Positions 23,752 to 36,688 of a stretch of DNA of 64,000 nt are shown here, piece by piece; the first letter of the stretch is position 1; each line of letters opens with the position of its first letter. Source of the stretch: Podarcis pityusensis (Eukaryota); the NCBI GenBank assembly GCA_964106645.2, contig OZ067044.1. One strand, given 5' to 3'. The position numbers and the translations under genes are program-made. The notes below the pieces were generated by a model, which saw nothing but the letters and a program-made list of their open reading frames with translations, had not been told where the DNA came from and did no database searches.

Positions 23752-26700
23752 ATCTACAGAATCCTCTGCTTTAATTGCACGCTGAGTGAAACGAGTCTTC
23801 TTTCTGTTTCCCTAACAGTAGCGGAGGCTTCTAGAGGTAGCTTTCTCAGCAAGCAGAAGTAGCCTAAATGCTTTTTGCTCCCAACTTTCATCATTGATTT
23901 CTTTGAAGGCACAATTTCAGTTTGGAGCCCCATTTGGGCTTACTTATCCTTAAACAGTCTACACTTGCCATACAAATGAAACCCTGTACAAAACTTCATT
24001 AAAGATTTATAACTTCAGATCATTACTGTTTTATGACTTTAAAATGAGAGACTTAAGACAAAAGCTCAACATCCTTAAACTTCATTTCCATTAAATCTCT
24101 AATAAATACCATCTGGTGTGTACTTTGGGGATATAATACACGTCAAAAACTCAGCCACATTATGAGAACCAGCACCAAGTTTATCTGAAATGCATATTTG
24201 AACAGATGTGTTTAAATTACATCTCCTTCTATGCACATGCATAAATTCAGAGCAAGCGTGTGTTGATTTAAAATGCATAAAAATGGGATTTGGAGATGCA
24301 TCACAAGTGAATGGCATCTCAATGGATCAAGGCTCACATTACTAAAGGTCATTACTAAAACTAAGGTTTGCATTTATTAAGAGTTGCATCGGGGAAATGA
24401 TCATGAGAAGTGGCTTAACATTTGCTGCATGATAGCAGTCACTGAGAACTGTCAGCTAATTTTCTGTTACATCTCCACATTTAGTTTTCAGCACCATCGC
24501 TAAATATTATTTGCTGTACTAAAACAGGAGACAAAATTATTTAGCTGTAAGCTGCTCAATCTGGCTTTAAACAGCTGCGTATGCCAGTTTGGAATAAAGC
24601 AGAAATTCCTTGCATTTGGCATGGCGATTTCAGAAGACGGAGTCCCAACAACATGAATTTCATTCTCTCAACACCAATTTCAAGCTATTATTATAAAATG
24701 GCATGTTCAGTAAGGAAAACTTGTCCGGATGCACGGAGCAGTGCTGAGGTGTAGAGATATGGACTTGGAATGGGAAGACTTGTTTAATTCTTCATTCAGC
24801 CATGCAGCTTTTGGGGTGGTGTTGGGCAATTCAAGATTTCATAGGTTAAAACTCCTCACTGGATTTGTGTGTGAATAAAGTGACCAACCCCTTTGCCTAA
24901 GCCACTTACCCCTTCACATCTTACTGAAGCCCCTCTCTCCCTCCTTATCAAAATCACTCTTCCCCTTAGACATAATCAAACCTCTGCTTGCTGGCCTGGG
25001 CCACATGCCTGCCTGTGCTGCATCTCCAGTTCCCTACTTCTCATGTTCCTCCTCTGATGGCTTAGCATCACGGTGCCACCTGTTGGCAGCCATGCAAACT
25101 GCAGCATGATGACATCCTTAGGAAAATATGCATTAGCAGAAATTAAAAATAAATAGTTCAATATGTACCACCCTGACACTCCTTGAGAAAAGGGGTGTGT
25201 GAATATGCAAGATTTAAGAGTATGTGCTTCACACTTTACATCAGAAGCACAAGTCAACTGCATTTCTACAAGTCCTGTCTCTTTCGTGTGACCAGCCTAT
25301 AGCCCAATCTTCTGCTGGTTTACACAGCTAAGTTCAGTAGGGGTTATTCATCTTCAGGTGTTTAGGACATAGAACATGCAGAGGTGTACTATGGAAAGAA
25401 ACCATGACCTGTGGTCCACATTCAGCACAGATGTGAAAACCATCATTACCTACTGGCACCCCAAGAATCTGCTTACAAACTACGTAAGGAAATATGGCTG
25501 TAATTTTTCTTCCATGAAGCGCTGGCATGCTATGTGAGCACTCAAACATGTTAACTGTTTTATAGGTTAAAGCAAGGCGATGTTTGTCTTTTCAAGAAGA
25601 CCACTCTGTAAGTTTGGTATTTAGTGTGATTCTGTTGCCTAGATACTCTGGAAGTTTCAGTCAATAGTCACTGGTAACTATCCTTGCAACTGTCCTCAAC
25701 ACACAATGTTGTTTGAATTAACATTATTTTGCTAAGAATGTTGCAATGCATTCATAGTGATTTCAGATTGTTATGGATTTGTTTACCTTGGAACTGCATA
25801 AGGTGGGTGAAGAACAATCAAGTTGCTGCATATTCTGAACTCCAAGAATGGGAGGAAGACTGGGGGTTGCCTGGCAGTTGTGCAGATCATCTTGACAGCA
25901 CAGTGCCAAACAAGCAACCTCTCCACCTCTCATTTCTACATCTACAACCCTCTCTCTCCAATCTGGATTGGGACCAAAGTGGAGGAAATTTTGAAAATTC
26001 CTTTTCATGGCACGCTCCTCCTTACATAAAAATCATGCTCACTCCAGGCTATTAGCTGCAGAGGGTGGGAAGAAGACAGGTACAGAGTTGTATCTGTCTC
26101 TCCTTCCACTCACCAGGATTCTTGGTTTCTTCTTTGGTGTGTTTGTGATGACAGTTCTCCCATGTCTATTTTGTCTTTTAGATCTGCTGAAATCAGTGGA
26201 GCTTAAGTTCTTAAATACTTGCAAAATGGGATTTAGGCACAGTTACCTAAGTTGTAATCAAACAACTCGCGGCATTTGCTTTTGCAAATGGTTATAACCA
26301 TAAATAAGCCAAGACCTTTTTAAAGTCCAGAGGTGGCCTCTTGAGAAATGCTCTTCAGCAGAGTTGAGGTGGGGGGAAATGATGAGACTAGAAAACAAGT
26401 GAGCTAGCTTATAAATAATTACATGTGCCAGAAGCTGTTCGACTTGAAACAATATAAACTCAATAAAAAGCCATTGCCCTAAAGCATGAATTTAACTTTT
26501 TTATTGTTCATGTCAGTGGAATGCTTCTCTTTAAATGGTTACTTCACAAATCAGTCGATGTTTTGAAACATGTTACTACGACAGCAGCACATCTAACTAT
26601 TCTTGGGGAAATGGAAGCAAATAGTATGTACACTTTCAAAAACAGTGGATCTCATGGCTATGAAAACCTGGAAATACATTTCATAAAATACCCTAGGAAT

Positions 26701-29700
26701 GAAAACACAAGCCACAAGTGGGGCTTACAACAAAATGGTGCAATGGGGAGGAGTGCTCCTGAAAGGTTTCTGGCCAACCAAACATGCCCTCTTTCAGCAT
26801 TTCCCCACTCAATTTTCTGCCCCTCTCAAGTCAGTCAGAAATATGTGCCCACGGAACACAGTTAGCCCTCAGTGGGGTGTTTTGATGTCCTCCCCCTTTA
26901 TACAGTATTCTAAATAGTATGTTTTTGTCATTCAAAACGCCTCAGAATTTCCCAAGCTTGCTGATATGAATGGTGTATTTTGGCTACGCTAGGACAGGCA
27001 CTCTGAGAATTATTGCATTATTAGTATATTTTATTACTGTGTGCTTGGAAAGCATGTTCTCTTGTCTTAGACGAAGTCCACAAACTTATCTCATGCTATT
27101 CCCACCATTTAAAAGCTTTATTAGAAACATTTAAGATTTACAAATACCTATATGAAAGTTTTGCCTACAGAGTGGTTAACATGCCCTTCAAATAAGATGT
27201 ATATATCTTCCAGTCATTTCATAACTTGTGTGTTATTTATAACTAATTTCCAGTTTGATGAATATAAACACTGCTATGCTTTCTTTCTTTCTTTTTGTCT
27301 GCTCACTGTGTTCCAAGGTTCCCATAAATGCTAGAGACAGATCTGAATAATTGCTAGCTTTTATATCATCTAAGGAAAGTGGCTGTTGCTTTGTTATTGC
27401 AAGCTGCTATGGTGTAACATACGCTCTTTTGCTCTGTACCCAAACTATCCTAGTTATTCTGCAGCAAGCATCCAGAATCAGCATCACCATCTAAAGGTCA
27501 CAATTTATTGTCAATGATACATGCCCCCAGTGCTTTTTATTGAATGTTGAATCCAAAGAAAAACTCTCAGTAACTCAAAAGCTCGCTCACTATTTTGTAA
27601 TCTTTACTTGAGATGGTTTAAAATAATTATCCAATATATTTTCCAATCTTCCATGATTTCAAATTGGAAGAGTTATCTTTGCTTAGCCAGTCCAACTCTA
27701 TTTCCCATCACAAAATAGGTAATTTGTATTAGTCCTCTTAGGCTTTAATGATCTGAGGGTGTTTTCAGTGAAAACTATTACCCACATGGAAGGAGGAAAC
27801 CTAAATATCTTAAGCAAATACATTCCTTGACTAAGAGTGAACTGCATACAGAAACTAAGCAGAGTACACACTGTATTTTCCAGTGTTATAAACAGGTCCC
27901 CTGTAGGCAAGAGGCTAGACGATAAATGATCGGAATGAATGGAATGAAGAAGTGAATGTCTGGAAGTTTTAAATGTAACACTAAGTCACAGGGCAATGTT
28001 TCTGAATGCAGGATTCAAGGAAGAGGGTATATTGCAAGACTAATGGCTAACTGAGATAACACTTTTTCGGTCACTGCTCAATTGGTTGACTTAAGCAGTT
28101 GCCAGCAGTAGGTGTATGAATCAAGTCTGCTTGAGGACTGAAACACACAGTGTGAGTGAAACTACCCTGTCACTTCATAAAGTTCCTGACCAAAGTTAAC
28201 TGCCACATCTCTGGGGGGAAACCCAAAGCTTTTTCTTTTTTTTAAAAGGCAGACAAGTCCAGCAACAAGTTAACTTTATTAGGAAAATGTGCTGTTGTTT
28301 TCAGATACAAAAGCTAACTTTTCTGAATAAAAGTACTTTTTTATGCAGGCTGAAGATCATCAATCAGATACACTCAAGTTAAAATCATAGAGAAGGATGC
28401 ATGGCACGAGGCGGGTATCTTCACTGTAGTCTTTTCAGCATCTGCTAAATATATTTTTGTTTAAGCAAGCCTACCCAGACATGCAGAAGTTGTCATTTGT
28501 TTAACCATGTGTTACAGCTTATTATTGATTTCAGGTTTCTTTTTTTGAATGTATGAATGTTTTAAATATTTGTTTTTAACTGTTTTTTTTACTGACCATT
28601 TTATTGTTTTATTCTTTTTGTAAAGCACTTTTATTAGAATCAAAGGTGATATAACTGCTGTGAAATAAACAAACGAGCATTAAGCCCAACATTAATATTA
28701 CAAACCTTATATATGATATTATCTTCTCCTCCTCCTTATATTGTATTCATATGAGGGCCTGAAAATTTCATCAAGCATTTAAAATGATAATTCTACCGCT
28801 GCAAGTGTATGAGCTACCAGAAAAGCCGTATTTTAAAAATCCATTAAGAACCCTTCATTTGAAAAGCATTACGATCTATTGGATCAGTGATCTGTAAATG
28901 AAGAAGGATCAGCAAAAGGACTGTAATTAATCTGAAGGTGCTTGTCAAAAATTGCTTGTTAATATTACATGCTGATGATGAGCATTAGTAGAAAGCGAGC
29001 TGTGCAGCACTGCTGAGGAAATGCACTGTCTGAAAAACTGCACTTGCCAAAATTTAGATATACAAAACACAAGGGATATTGTGCACCCAAAAGCCTCACA
29101 TGATTATTTGTTACTATATAAATTTCAATTGATGATGAGTTATACATTAATTCATTAAGAATGTATTTCATCCTTCTTTACAGAAAGTGGGGCAGCTTCC
29201 AACTTCTACACGTTGTGGAAATATTTAAAATGCAATAAATTACAAAAATGCTCAGTGCCAGAATGGTCAAAATACAACAAATGCTTCAATTCAATTCAAT
29301 GGGAAGCCTAACGTCTGTTTTGCTAGAGGCAGCTTAGCATAAGAGAACCATTCTGGGGAAACGAAGACATGAGTTTACTTATGGGATATCCACAAATAAA
29401 TCCATTATGGGAGAACAGACATAGGTAAAGAGGTTTTAAGCTCTTTTTAAAATACGTATGTGGCAGTAGCATAATCAATAACTCAAATACTGATATGTAC
29501 TGCAGTCACTGGCTGGCTACTCTGTTGCTGCCATCTCCGTCTCCTTGTTGGGGAACAAAGAGTCTGAGATGGGAAGATGTTGCGTTGTTTCCATCTTGGA
29601 CCCATGGCTGCAGGTTGCTCTGTCCCAGTAGGTTGAAGGAGATGGTGGTCTAGGAACAAGGGGGCAGTTGAGCAAAGATTGCAGGCACTGGAGACCCATT

Positions 29701-29959
29701 AGAATGGCCCATCCCAGAAGGATGTCTGAGTGTCCTTGGGTAGTTTTCACACTGCCATGTCTGGGGTTCCTGTTGATGTTTTTAGCTATGTTGTGGAATT
29801 CAAAGATGAGGTGGGTGCTTCAATATAAGCAACTACGGTATCTTCCTGTATAGGCTGCCTGGGCTGGAAGCTGGGGACACTGTGCTGTTGTGTTTCTGTA
29901 TTTATCTCAATGGCATATTCCATAAGATGCCGCTTATTTTGGGGGGCCCACATGGCATT

Positions 29960-30210
29960 TGTTCACTATCTACATAAACTGATCAGTGAGGTCATCCAGA
30001 AATTTAGAGTGTGGTTATCCAATATGTGGCCAACATCTTATTTTTATTTGATTTTGATGAGGTGGTAGACCAGTGTTTGAGATTCCTAATGAGTCAGATG
30101 AGAAGCAATATACTGAAACTCAGTTCAGGCAAGAAAGAAGTGCTGCTGGTCAGTTGTTCACCTGTCAGACTGATGGAATTCAATCTGTTCTGGATGGGGT
30201 TGGGCCCCCT
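29960..30210 (+). mobile_element. Degenerate L2 reverse transcriptase fragment
   Basis: QYVANIL and MRSNILKLSSGKKEVLL resemble L2 QYADDTQL and MRANKLKLNPDKTEVLL. Confidence 0.6.
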
Positions 30211-30542
30211 GCTAAATGGGCAAAATACTTATACATTAAATTGAAAAGTGATTGGGCTTTTGTACAGAACCATGTACAGAAGCAGAAGTATGGCCAGCAG
30301 CACTATCCAGCTCCGAAATGAATACTTCATTCAAAGCTGTATCATCATTATTAAAAGGCCTAGTTGAGCAACACAAGAGCAGTCAACTATAATGTTGAAA
30401 CTCTGACAGCTAACAAAGTAATTGAAATCAGTTAAAAATATAGTATTTTCACCGCCATTCTTAAGTTGCTTAAACTGATTTATGTCAGTGAAGTGAATAC
30501 AAAAAAGTGACATTCAGAACTAAGATATTTTTTCAACTGTTG

Positions 30543-30897
30543 ACCAGGGAGAAGAGTCGGTGGAAGAAGATTGGAAGAAATTTAAAGACTATCTACAGAA
30601 ATACTGTAAAATTAATGAATGTTAGAATGATGTCGGAATGAAGCTAAGGGGTTTTTAGTAGCAATGTTACAAGGAGTATGTAAGAATGGACTTAGGGAAA
30701 CAAGTGAATGAAACAAGTCAGGGAAACAAGTGAATGAAAGACAAGATATGGAAAGATTGATTTGTTTTTAATTGTTTTTACTTTTTTGTATTTTGTATTC
30801 TCTTTTTTCTTTTCTTTATTCTTCATTATTATTATTATTATTATTATTGTTGTAACTTTTTTTTTGAAACTTTAATAAATATCTTATATATAAAAAA
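30543..30897 (+). mobile_element. 5'-truncated L1-like LINE 3' end
   Basis: ORF end DQGEESVEEDWKKFKDYLQKYCKINEC*, T-rich 3' UTR, AATAAA and A tail; 21-bp TSD aagatattttttcaactgttg at 30522-30542 and 30898-30918. Confidence 0.85.
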
Positions 30898-33753
30898 AAG
30901 ATATTTTTTCAACTGTTGTTACCAGATATTATATATTATAAAAACGGTGGATAAATGCAACATATAAATGCAGGAATGAGCAAATGATCAGTCCCCCAAA
31001 GCATTTTCACTCCACCGCATTCACAAATATTTCATACAAATTGTTTTTAGAGAAATGGGAACATGGAATTTAGATGTACTGTGGCAACTTCTTCTGTTTC
31101 TCTGGTGTTATGTTCAGTGCTACAATGCCCAACCTCAGCTCTTGATCATGACTCATGTGTATGTTCGCAGCTAGGTTTTTGAATTTCATCATTACAGCCA
31201 GGTGGAGTAAGAAGAAAAAATGGTGGGACTACTGAACGGACCCACAGATATTCTATACAACATATTAGTGCTAGAAACTGCAGGCGCCTGATGTAATGTT
31301 TTGCTTTTGCAATGTCTGTGATGAGATGTCTATATGGGAATAGCTATACAGGAAGGTCATAGTTGGCTGCCTCTAGGAGATGAGACACTACAAATAAAGA
31401 CCTCCCTATATACAGTAGCAAAGAGAAATGAGTTTTACAGATGTGACCAGCTTCAAATATCCAAAATGTGCTCCTGCTCCCAGCAGACCTAGACTATATG
31501 TTGGAAATATTTTCTCATGCTGTCTGGCAACTCTTAGTTACTGGGTCCACTACACGAAGAGGTAGAATTTTAATACAATTTTAATAAAAATAATTATGTT
31601 AAAAAAGCTTGGATTTCAAACTTTTATCATTTTTTAAAAAAATAAAAGCTAATGGAGAATTCCTTAAGTTGGTCTGATATATACTCAATAACCAGCTGTC
31701 AAATTTGGATATTAAATAATTTTATGCATATTTTGTGCTATGACTGCTCAATTGAATACATTTCTACATAAGTCAATGTCTGCGTGTGCTCAGCAGCTTT
31801 GCTGGGTTATTTGACAGCAAGATGCTATTGTAACAATAGCTGCCAACTTTCAACACTCCAAAGATTAATGAGTCAGCTTTAATCTTTGAATATATGCAGT
31901 TCCATACAAAGCAGTATAAATTAAAAATAATGGATACTTTGATGCTTTGTTTGAAGAAAATACAATATTGCCAATCATGCTGTAAAATTACAGTGGCAAT
32001 AAATAAAATAAATGTCCCAATCAATCTAACAATGAATAAAATATTTTTTTAGAAGTGATGTAATAAAACAAACTTTAGTATCACTCCTGGTCATTTGCTA
32101 CGTGTAATCACATGGTAGAGTTCCACAGCCCATGTGGGCTGTGGGAGTTTATTGGAGTAGTTACCTTAGAAAAGTTTTTTTCCTGCTTCAGAATCTATAG
32201 GTAAAGAAAAATGGGCTAAATTCCGTTGCTTGCATGAAGCCTTAAGAGGAGTCTTGAATTTGAAGTACCTGGGATCAATATGCTCAGTTTTAAGTGTCAT
32301 TAGAGAAAACGTGGTTCTGGTTAATTATTGGTGCAGAAATTAAGAGTTTTACAAATATCACTGCAACTGGAAGTGTTCAAAGCCATTTTTACATATGGTT
32401 TGGGGAATATTAAAATCTATTCATTCAGCTTTTCTGCAATCTCTATTTTCCTCCTTTAGCACATCTTTTTGTTCAAAGGTCCAAGCATCGTCCTAGCCAA
32501 TTATAGGTTTTAGAATGTATTTTTATGTCATGTGTGAATTAGATTGTATTAATACAAGTATATGCTTTGATAGAAAGTGGTTTAAAATATTTAAAATAAA
32601 AAATGCATATTTACTTTATTTCTATTCCATTGCTAACTCTGAGGTATCTAGGTCTTCCCACCTGGTCTACCATCCCACCCTTTCAAGGCTTGGGTGATTA
32701 CATATTAATTACAACAGACCATTCTTGCCCAGACCATATTGTTTCTGCTCCTAGAGAAACAATTTACAACAATCCTACTTTTACCACTAAAGGCCAAATT
32801 ATGAGTAGTCATTGGGAAAATGCAACTATTAAAGTTCCTAGAGCATGAGCTCTGTCTTTTTTAACAGTAGTATGTTTTTTTGGTGAAGATGGCTACTTCC
32901 TTTTCTAAAATCTGCTGCATCTTTAAAATCTTGAAAAGCTGAGAAATAATTTAGACCCCTACAAACATTTTCAACTCTTTTCATACAACAATGCTAACTC
33001 GTTCAGTGACTTCTTCAGAAAAAAGAGAGGTACATACATATAGTCAACAGCACTATTCTATACAGATCTGCTCAGAATTCTCATTGTTAATAGTGCATAC
33101 TTCCAGATAGGAAAGTAGCCTAAAATAATTGTAAGTCAGACATTCCATAAAAGGACAATCAGTACAATTTTCGGTAAATAGTCTGTTCACAGTTCTCAAT
33201 AATTGAATTGCTCATTTCACGTTGCCTGCTGTAAATATTTCTTAGATAAGAACAGGATTCTGTTTGTTAGAACCAATGGAAAACACTTTCAAATAGACTT
33301 GTACTGTTGTCAAAATAATTCATGCCATTATGGAAAAGGATTCTGAACTAGAGCCATAAATTGTAATAATTTGCTAAAGTTAATTCCTTGGATTAACACA
33401 CAAAAGCCATCCTATCCCATACACAGTAAATATAAAAGCAACTTTAGAGAGTATTATCCTGTTATATTATTGCAGGTTTTTTTGCACTCAGTGTCAACTA
33501 TCCTGAAAAGAAACACTGAAGAAGATTTCAATGAAATACAGTCCAAAAAATCTATATATAGTTATTCAGGCGTAACTTGAAATAGATTAGAAGCCCACTG
33601 GATAAACCACATCAAAGCAACTGTTGGCACAGACAAATTCTGAAGATACAGAAGGATTATTTTCTTTTCTACCTTAATTGTGATGTTGCAGGTTAACTGC
33701 TGAAAACCAGGGTGGCAGGAGCTTTTTATTTCTTTATTATGCATTAGACTTAC

Positions 33754-33899
33754 TTTTCTTTAAGGAAATCCACTACCCTTTTGAAGTCCGCCACACAGTA
33801 TTCCCTCTTCATGTCCATGAGTACGCTATCAGAGGCACTTTGAACTGGTACATGAAGAAATGCATAGACTCTTGGATGGTTGAGAATTTTTGCCATTTC
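33754..33899 (-). CDS. CDKAL1: CDKAL1 coding exon (146 bp): [48 protein letters not shown](K)
   Basis: Absent from the ORF track and found by manual reverse-complement translation. Carries the MTTase HxPVQSxSD motif. Acceptor ttctag|GAA, donor AA|gtaagt; phase 0 in and phase 2 out, matching both neighbouring exons. Confidence 0.97.
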
Positions 33900-35951
33900 C
33901 TAGAAGATTAAAAATGAAAATAATAACATTTTTACCACATCCTGATAGGCACAGCATTGCCTCCATTCATCACCAGCATGCAGAATGTAATATTAACCAG
34001 CATTACAACACACATTCATGAGATGATGCACTGGAGTACTCAACATTTTATTTATGATGAAATCACATGCACCTGCAATGGATCACCGATGAATACGTGA
34101 AACAAATTTACTGAAAAGCATCATGTCTGAGGTGGAGTAAAGGAATATGGAAGTTTTTAGGTGCTTCATTGTAAAGGCCCATCCCCCCCCCCCAAGTCAA
34201 CACTTGATAACACAGCATTAAGTATACACATGTGTGAACTAGCCCTCCTCCAATTCTGTTACCTCTTCTGTTTTCACAATTTCCTGCTGGCAATTTCCCC
34301 TTACCAAAATTGAGGCCTAGGTAAAGAACATGAATATCTCTTCATTTTACTGGAGCCATAATTTGACTTGCTGTCTGCTGATATGAGGTTAGATTTGTCC
34401 TGGGATTTTTGTAAAATACAAAATAAAAATCCCAGTTTCAAACTTGTACTAAATTGGGTGGTTTAATTTAATTTTTTTTTACTACTCAGTTATTTTTCCT
34501 GATGCCTAGAAATAGTCTCCTTTCTACCTCCTTAGTCTTTCTTGTACTTCTATAAATTATACTGTGAGACAGCAGATAACACCTCAAAATTTCAGTGCTT
34601 CTGTTAGTCCGTAAGCCAACTGAGGCAAGGTCCAAGCATGCATTATTTGCTTATTTGCATTTCTTCTCCACCTCATAGCATAACTTGTTTTGAATGACAT
34701 ATATCATGACCAGGATCCTCACAACTATTTTTACGTACACAAGAGGCCTTTGAACTTGAATTTCTCAGGCAGCAGATGGGTTATATCATGACAAACCATT
34801 GTCGAATTTGAGGGAACTTTCCAAATCACTGGGCATAACCCAAGCCCTCAGAAGTTGCTAACACAGCACTGGATGCTAACCAGCAAATGGAAAGTTGAAA
34901 CACATAAGGACTTATGAGCACAGCCAACTGGGAGATTCTTCCTGTATCTAGTATGTTCCATTCAATACAATACAAGGTGTTAACAAATGAAGCCACGGAA
35001 GATGGTTTAGGACACAGAGAGTTACAGCCAACCAGGTCACTGTGTGAGCAGAACAGCTTCCATGAGTGTGGTGAAAGTCCTCTCCCTCTCACCTATATCC
35101 TACGTCGTAAAATTAGTCCTAGCTTTATTACAATAAGCAGGTTATAAAACCTGGCACAGAACGAACATCTAAAGCTGGGGGTTCCCAATTTTATTTTTAT
35201 TGGTCTTTTCAGAGACTGGAGGTGTCAAGTGAACCGCCACACACAAATATTGTAGTATTATTTTACTATATGACTTGCTAGGATTGATACATCATAAAAA
35301 ACCTTGCTGTAGAAAGTTTAACTGCTCTAAAAAAATTAATCCGGAAAAATAACTCTTCTTCCTCCTTCCATGTAATCTCATTTGTATTTACATCACCACG
35401 TTAGATGCATTCTAAAGTCGAACAAAAGTACTATCTTGTTCTTACACAATTTAATTTAATGTAAAAAGCCAAAAAAGCTACAGATATCAACACGTTTCAG
35501 CATAATTTTATGATGTTTTCTGGGATATGTTCTTATTAAGCTTCTTTTTTCCCTCATTCTCTCATTTAAAAATTATATACAAAATATGCATTCAAAAAAC
35601 AAAAACAAAACCCTGATACTAATGAATCAAATTGCATTACTGCAGATTATTCAGATGATGTCGTAAAGCAGAAAAATGTGTCAGGTCATCTGTCAAGGAA
35701 CACAAAAGATTTTATGCATTCAAGTCAAATGACAGGTTTGTAATAGCAGAGGTGGTGGCTGATAGGACTTTAATTAGCCATCAGAATATAAATACCTCAT
35801 ATACTGATATCTCATTTGGTTATTAATGAATATACAAATATTAAAAGAAAAACTGTCGACAGTTAATTATGCAAGGTATACATTTGCTCTGTGTTAATAG
35901 CATTATCTTTTGGCCCTGGTGTCCTGAGCCAATAGCAATTATAAAGATATG

Positions 35952-36010
35952 CTTCTTCTTCTTCTTCTTCTTCTTCTTCTTCTTCTTCTTCTTCTTCTTC
36001 TTCTTCTTCT
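35952..36010. repeat. (CTT)n microsatellite
   Basis: About 19 CTT units; the source of the poly-F, poly-L and poly-K ORFs. Confidence 0.97.
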
Positions 36011-36540
36011 CTTCTTTGCAAAAGCAGATAATTTTATTCTTTGTAAAACTGCGTTTTTCAGTGATACTTACATTTGCTACCAAAAATCTACAGACTCAAT
36101 TAATGTTGATCATCCTCCTGCTGCTAATCCATGAACAAAATTAGCCTTAGCTCCAAAGATTTGCCACAGGCAGATGGCATTTATAAGTGACTGACAGAGG
36201 ACTTGACACCGAGCACAAGATTTACGAGTGGAAAAGTCTGCATTCAAATATCCCCCCCCCCCCCCACTATCTCTCATGGAATAATAGGAATTAAAGAGAA
36301 CATTTGTGATGGATTTTAATTGCTGTAGGCTGCTTTGGGATCCAATTTTAGTTGAAAAGAAAGAAATGCTAGGGCTGAATCAGGGTTGCATAAGTGGGAC
36401 TCTACTCATCAGCAGGGCTTTTCTGGCCCCACTTCTCTCACAATCAACTACACACTCACAAAGCTGTACCAGAGCACTGAGGAACTCTCTTGAATGGCAT
36501 GGGATGTGGTACTCTGCTTGTGCAAACTGCCTAAGCCCTA

Positions 36541-36688
36541 CTGGTACAGTTCAGCTGGTAGAGCATGAGACTCATAAACTCAGGGTCGTGGGTTCAAGAC
36601 CCACGCTGGGCAAAAGACTCCTGCATTGCACAAGGTTGGACTAGATGACACTTGTGGTCCCTTCCAACTCTACAGTTCTATGGTTCTA
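36541..36688 (+). mobile_element. tRNA-Lys-derived SINE with CR1 tail (Squam2-like)
   Basis: Head TCAGCTGGTAGAGCATGAGACTCATAAACTCAGGGTCGTGGGTTCAAGACCCACGCTGGGC resembles tRNA-Lys(CTT); tail GGTTGGACTAGATGA..GGTCCCTTCCAACTCTACAGTTCTATG is a CR1 3' end. Confidence 0.85.

Noticed and set aside
35841-36144. ORFs with poly-K, poly-F and poly-L tracts
   Set aside because: Translation artefacts of the (CTT)n microsatellite.
36541-36612. Apparent tRNA-Lys gene inside the gene for a tRNA-Lys-modifying enzyme
   Set aside because: The anticodon loop and stems are degenerate and the sequence continues into a CR1 tail. It is the head of a common SINE, so the co-location is coincidental.
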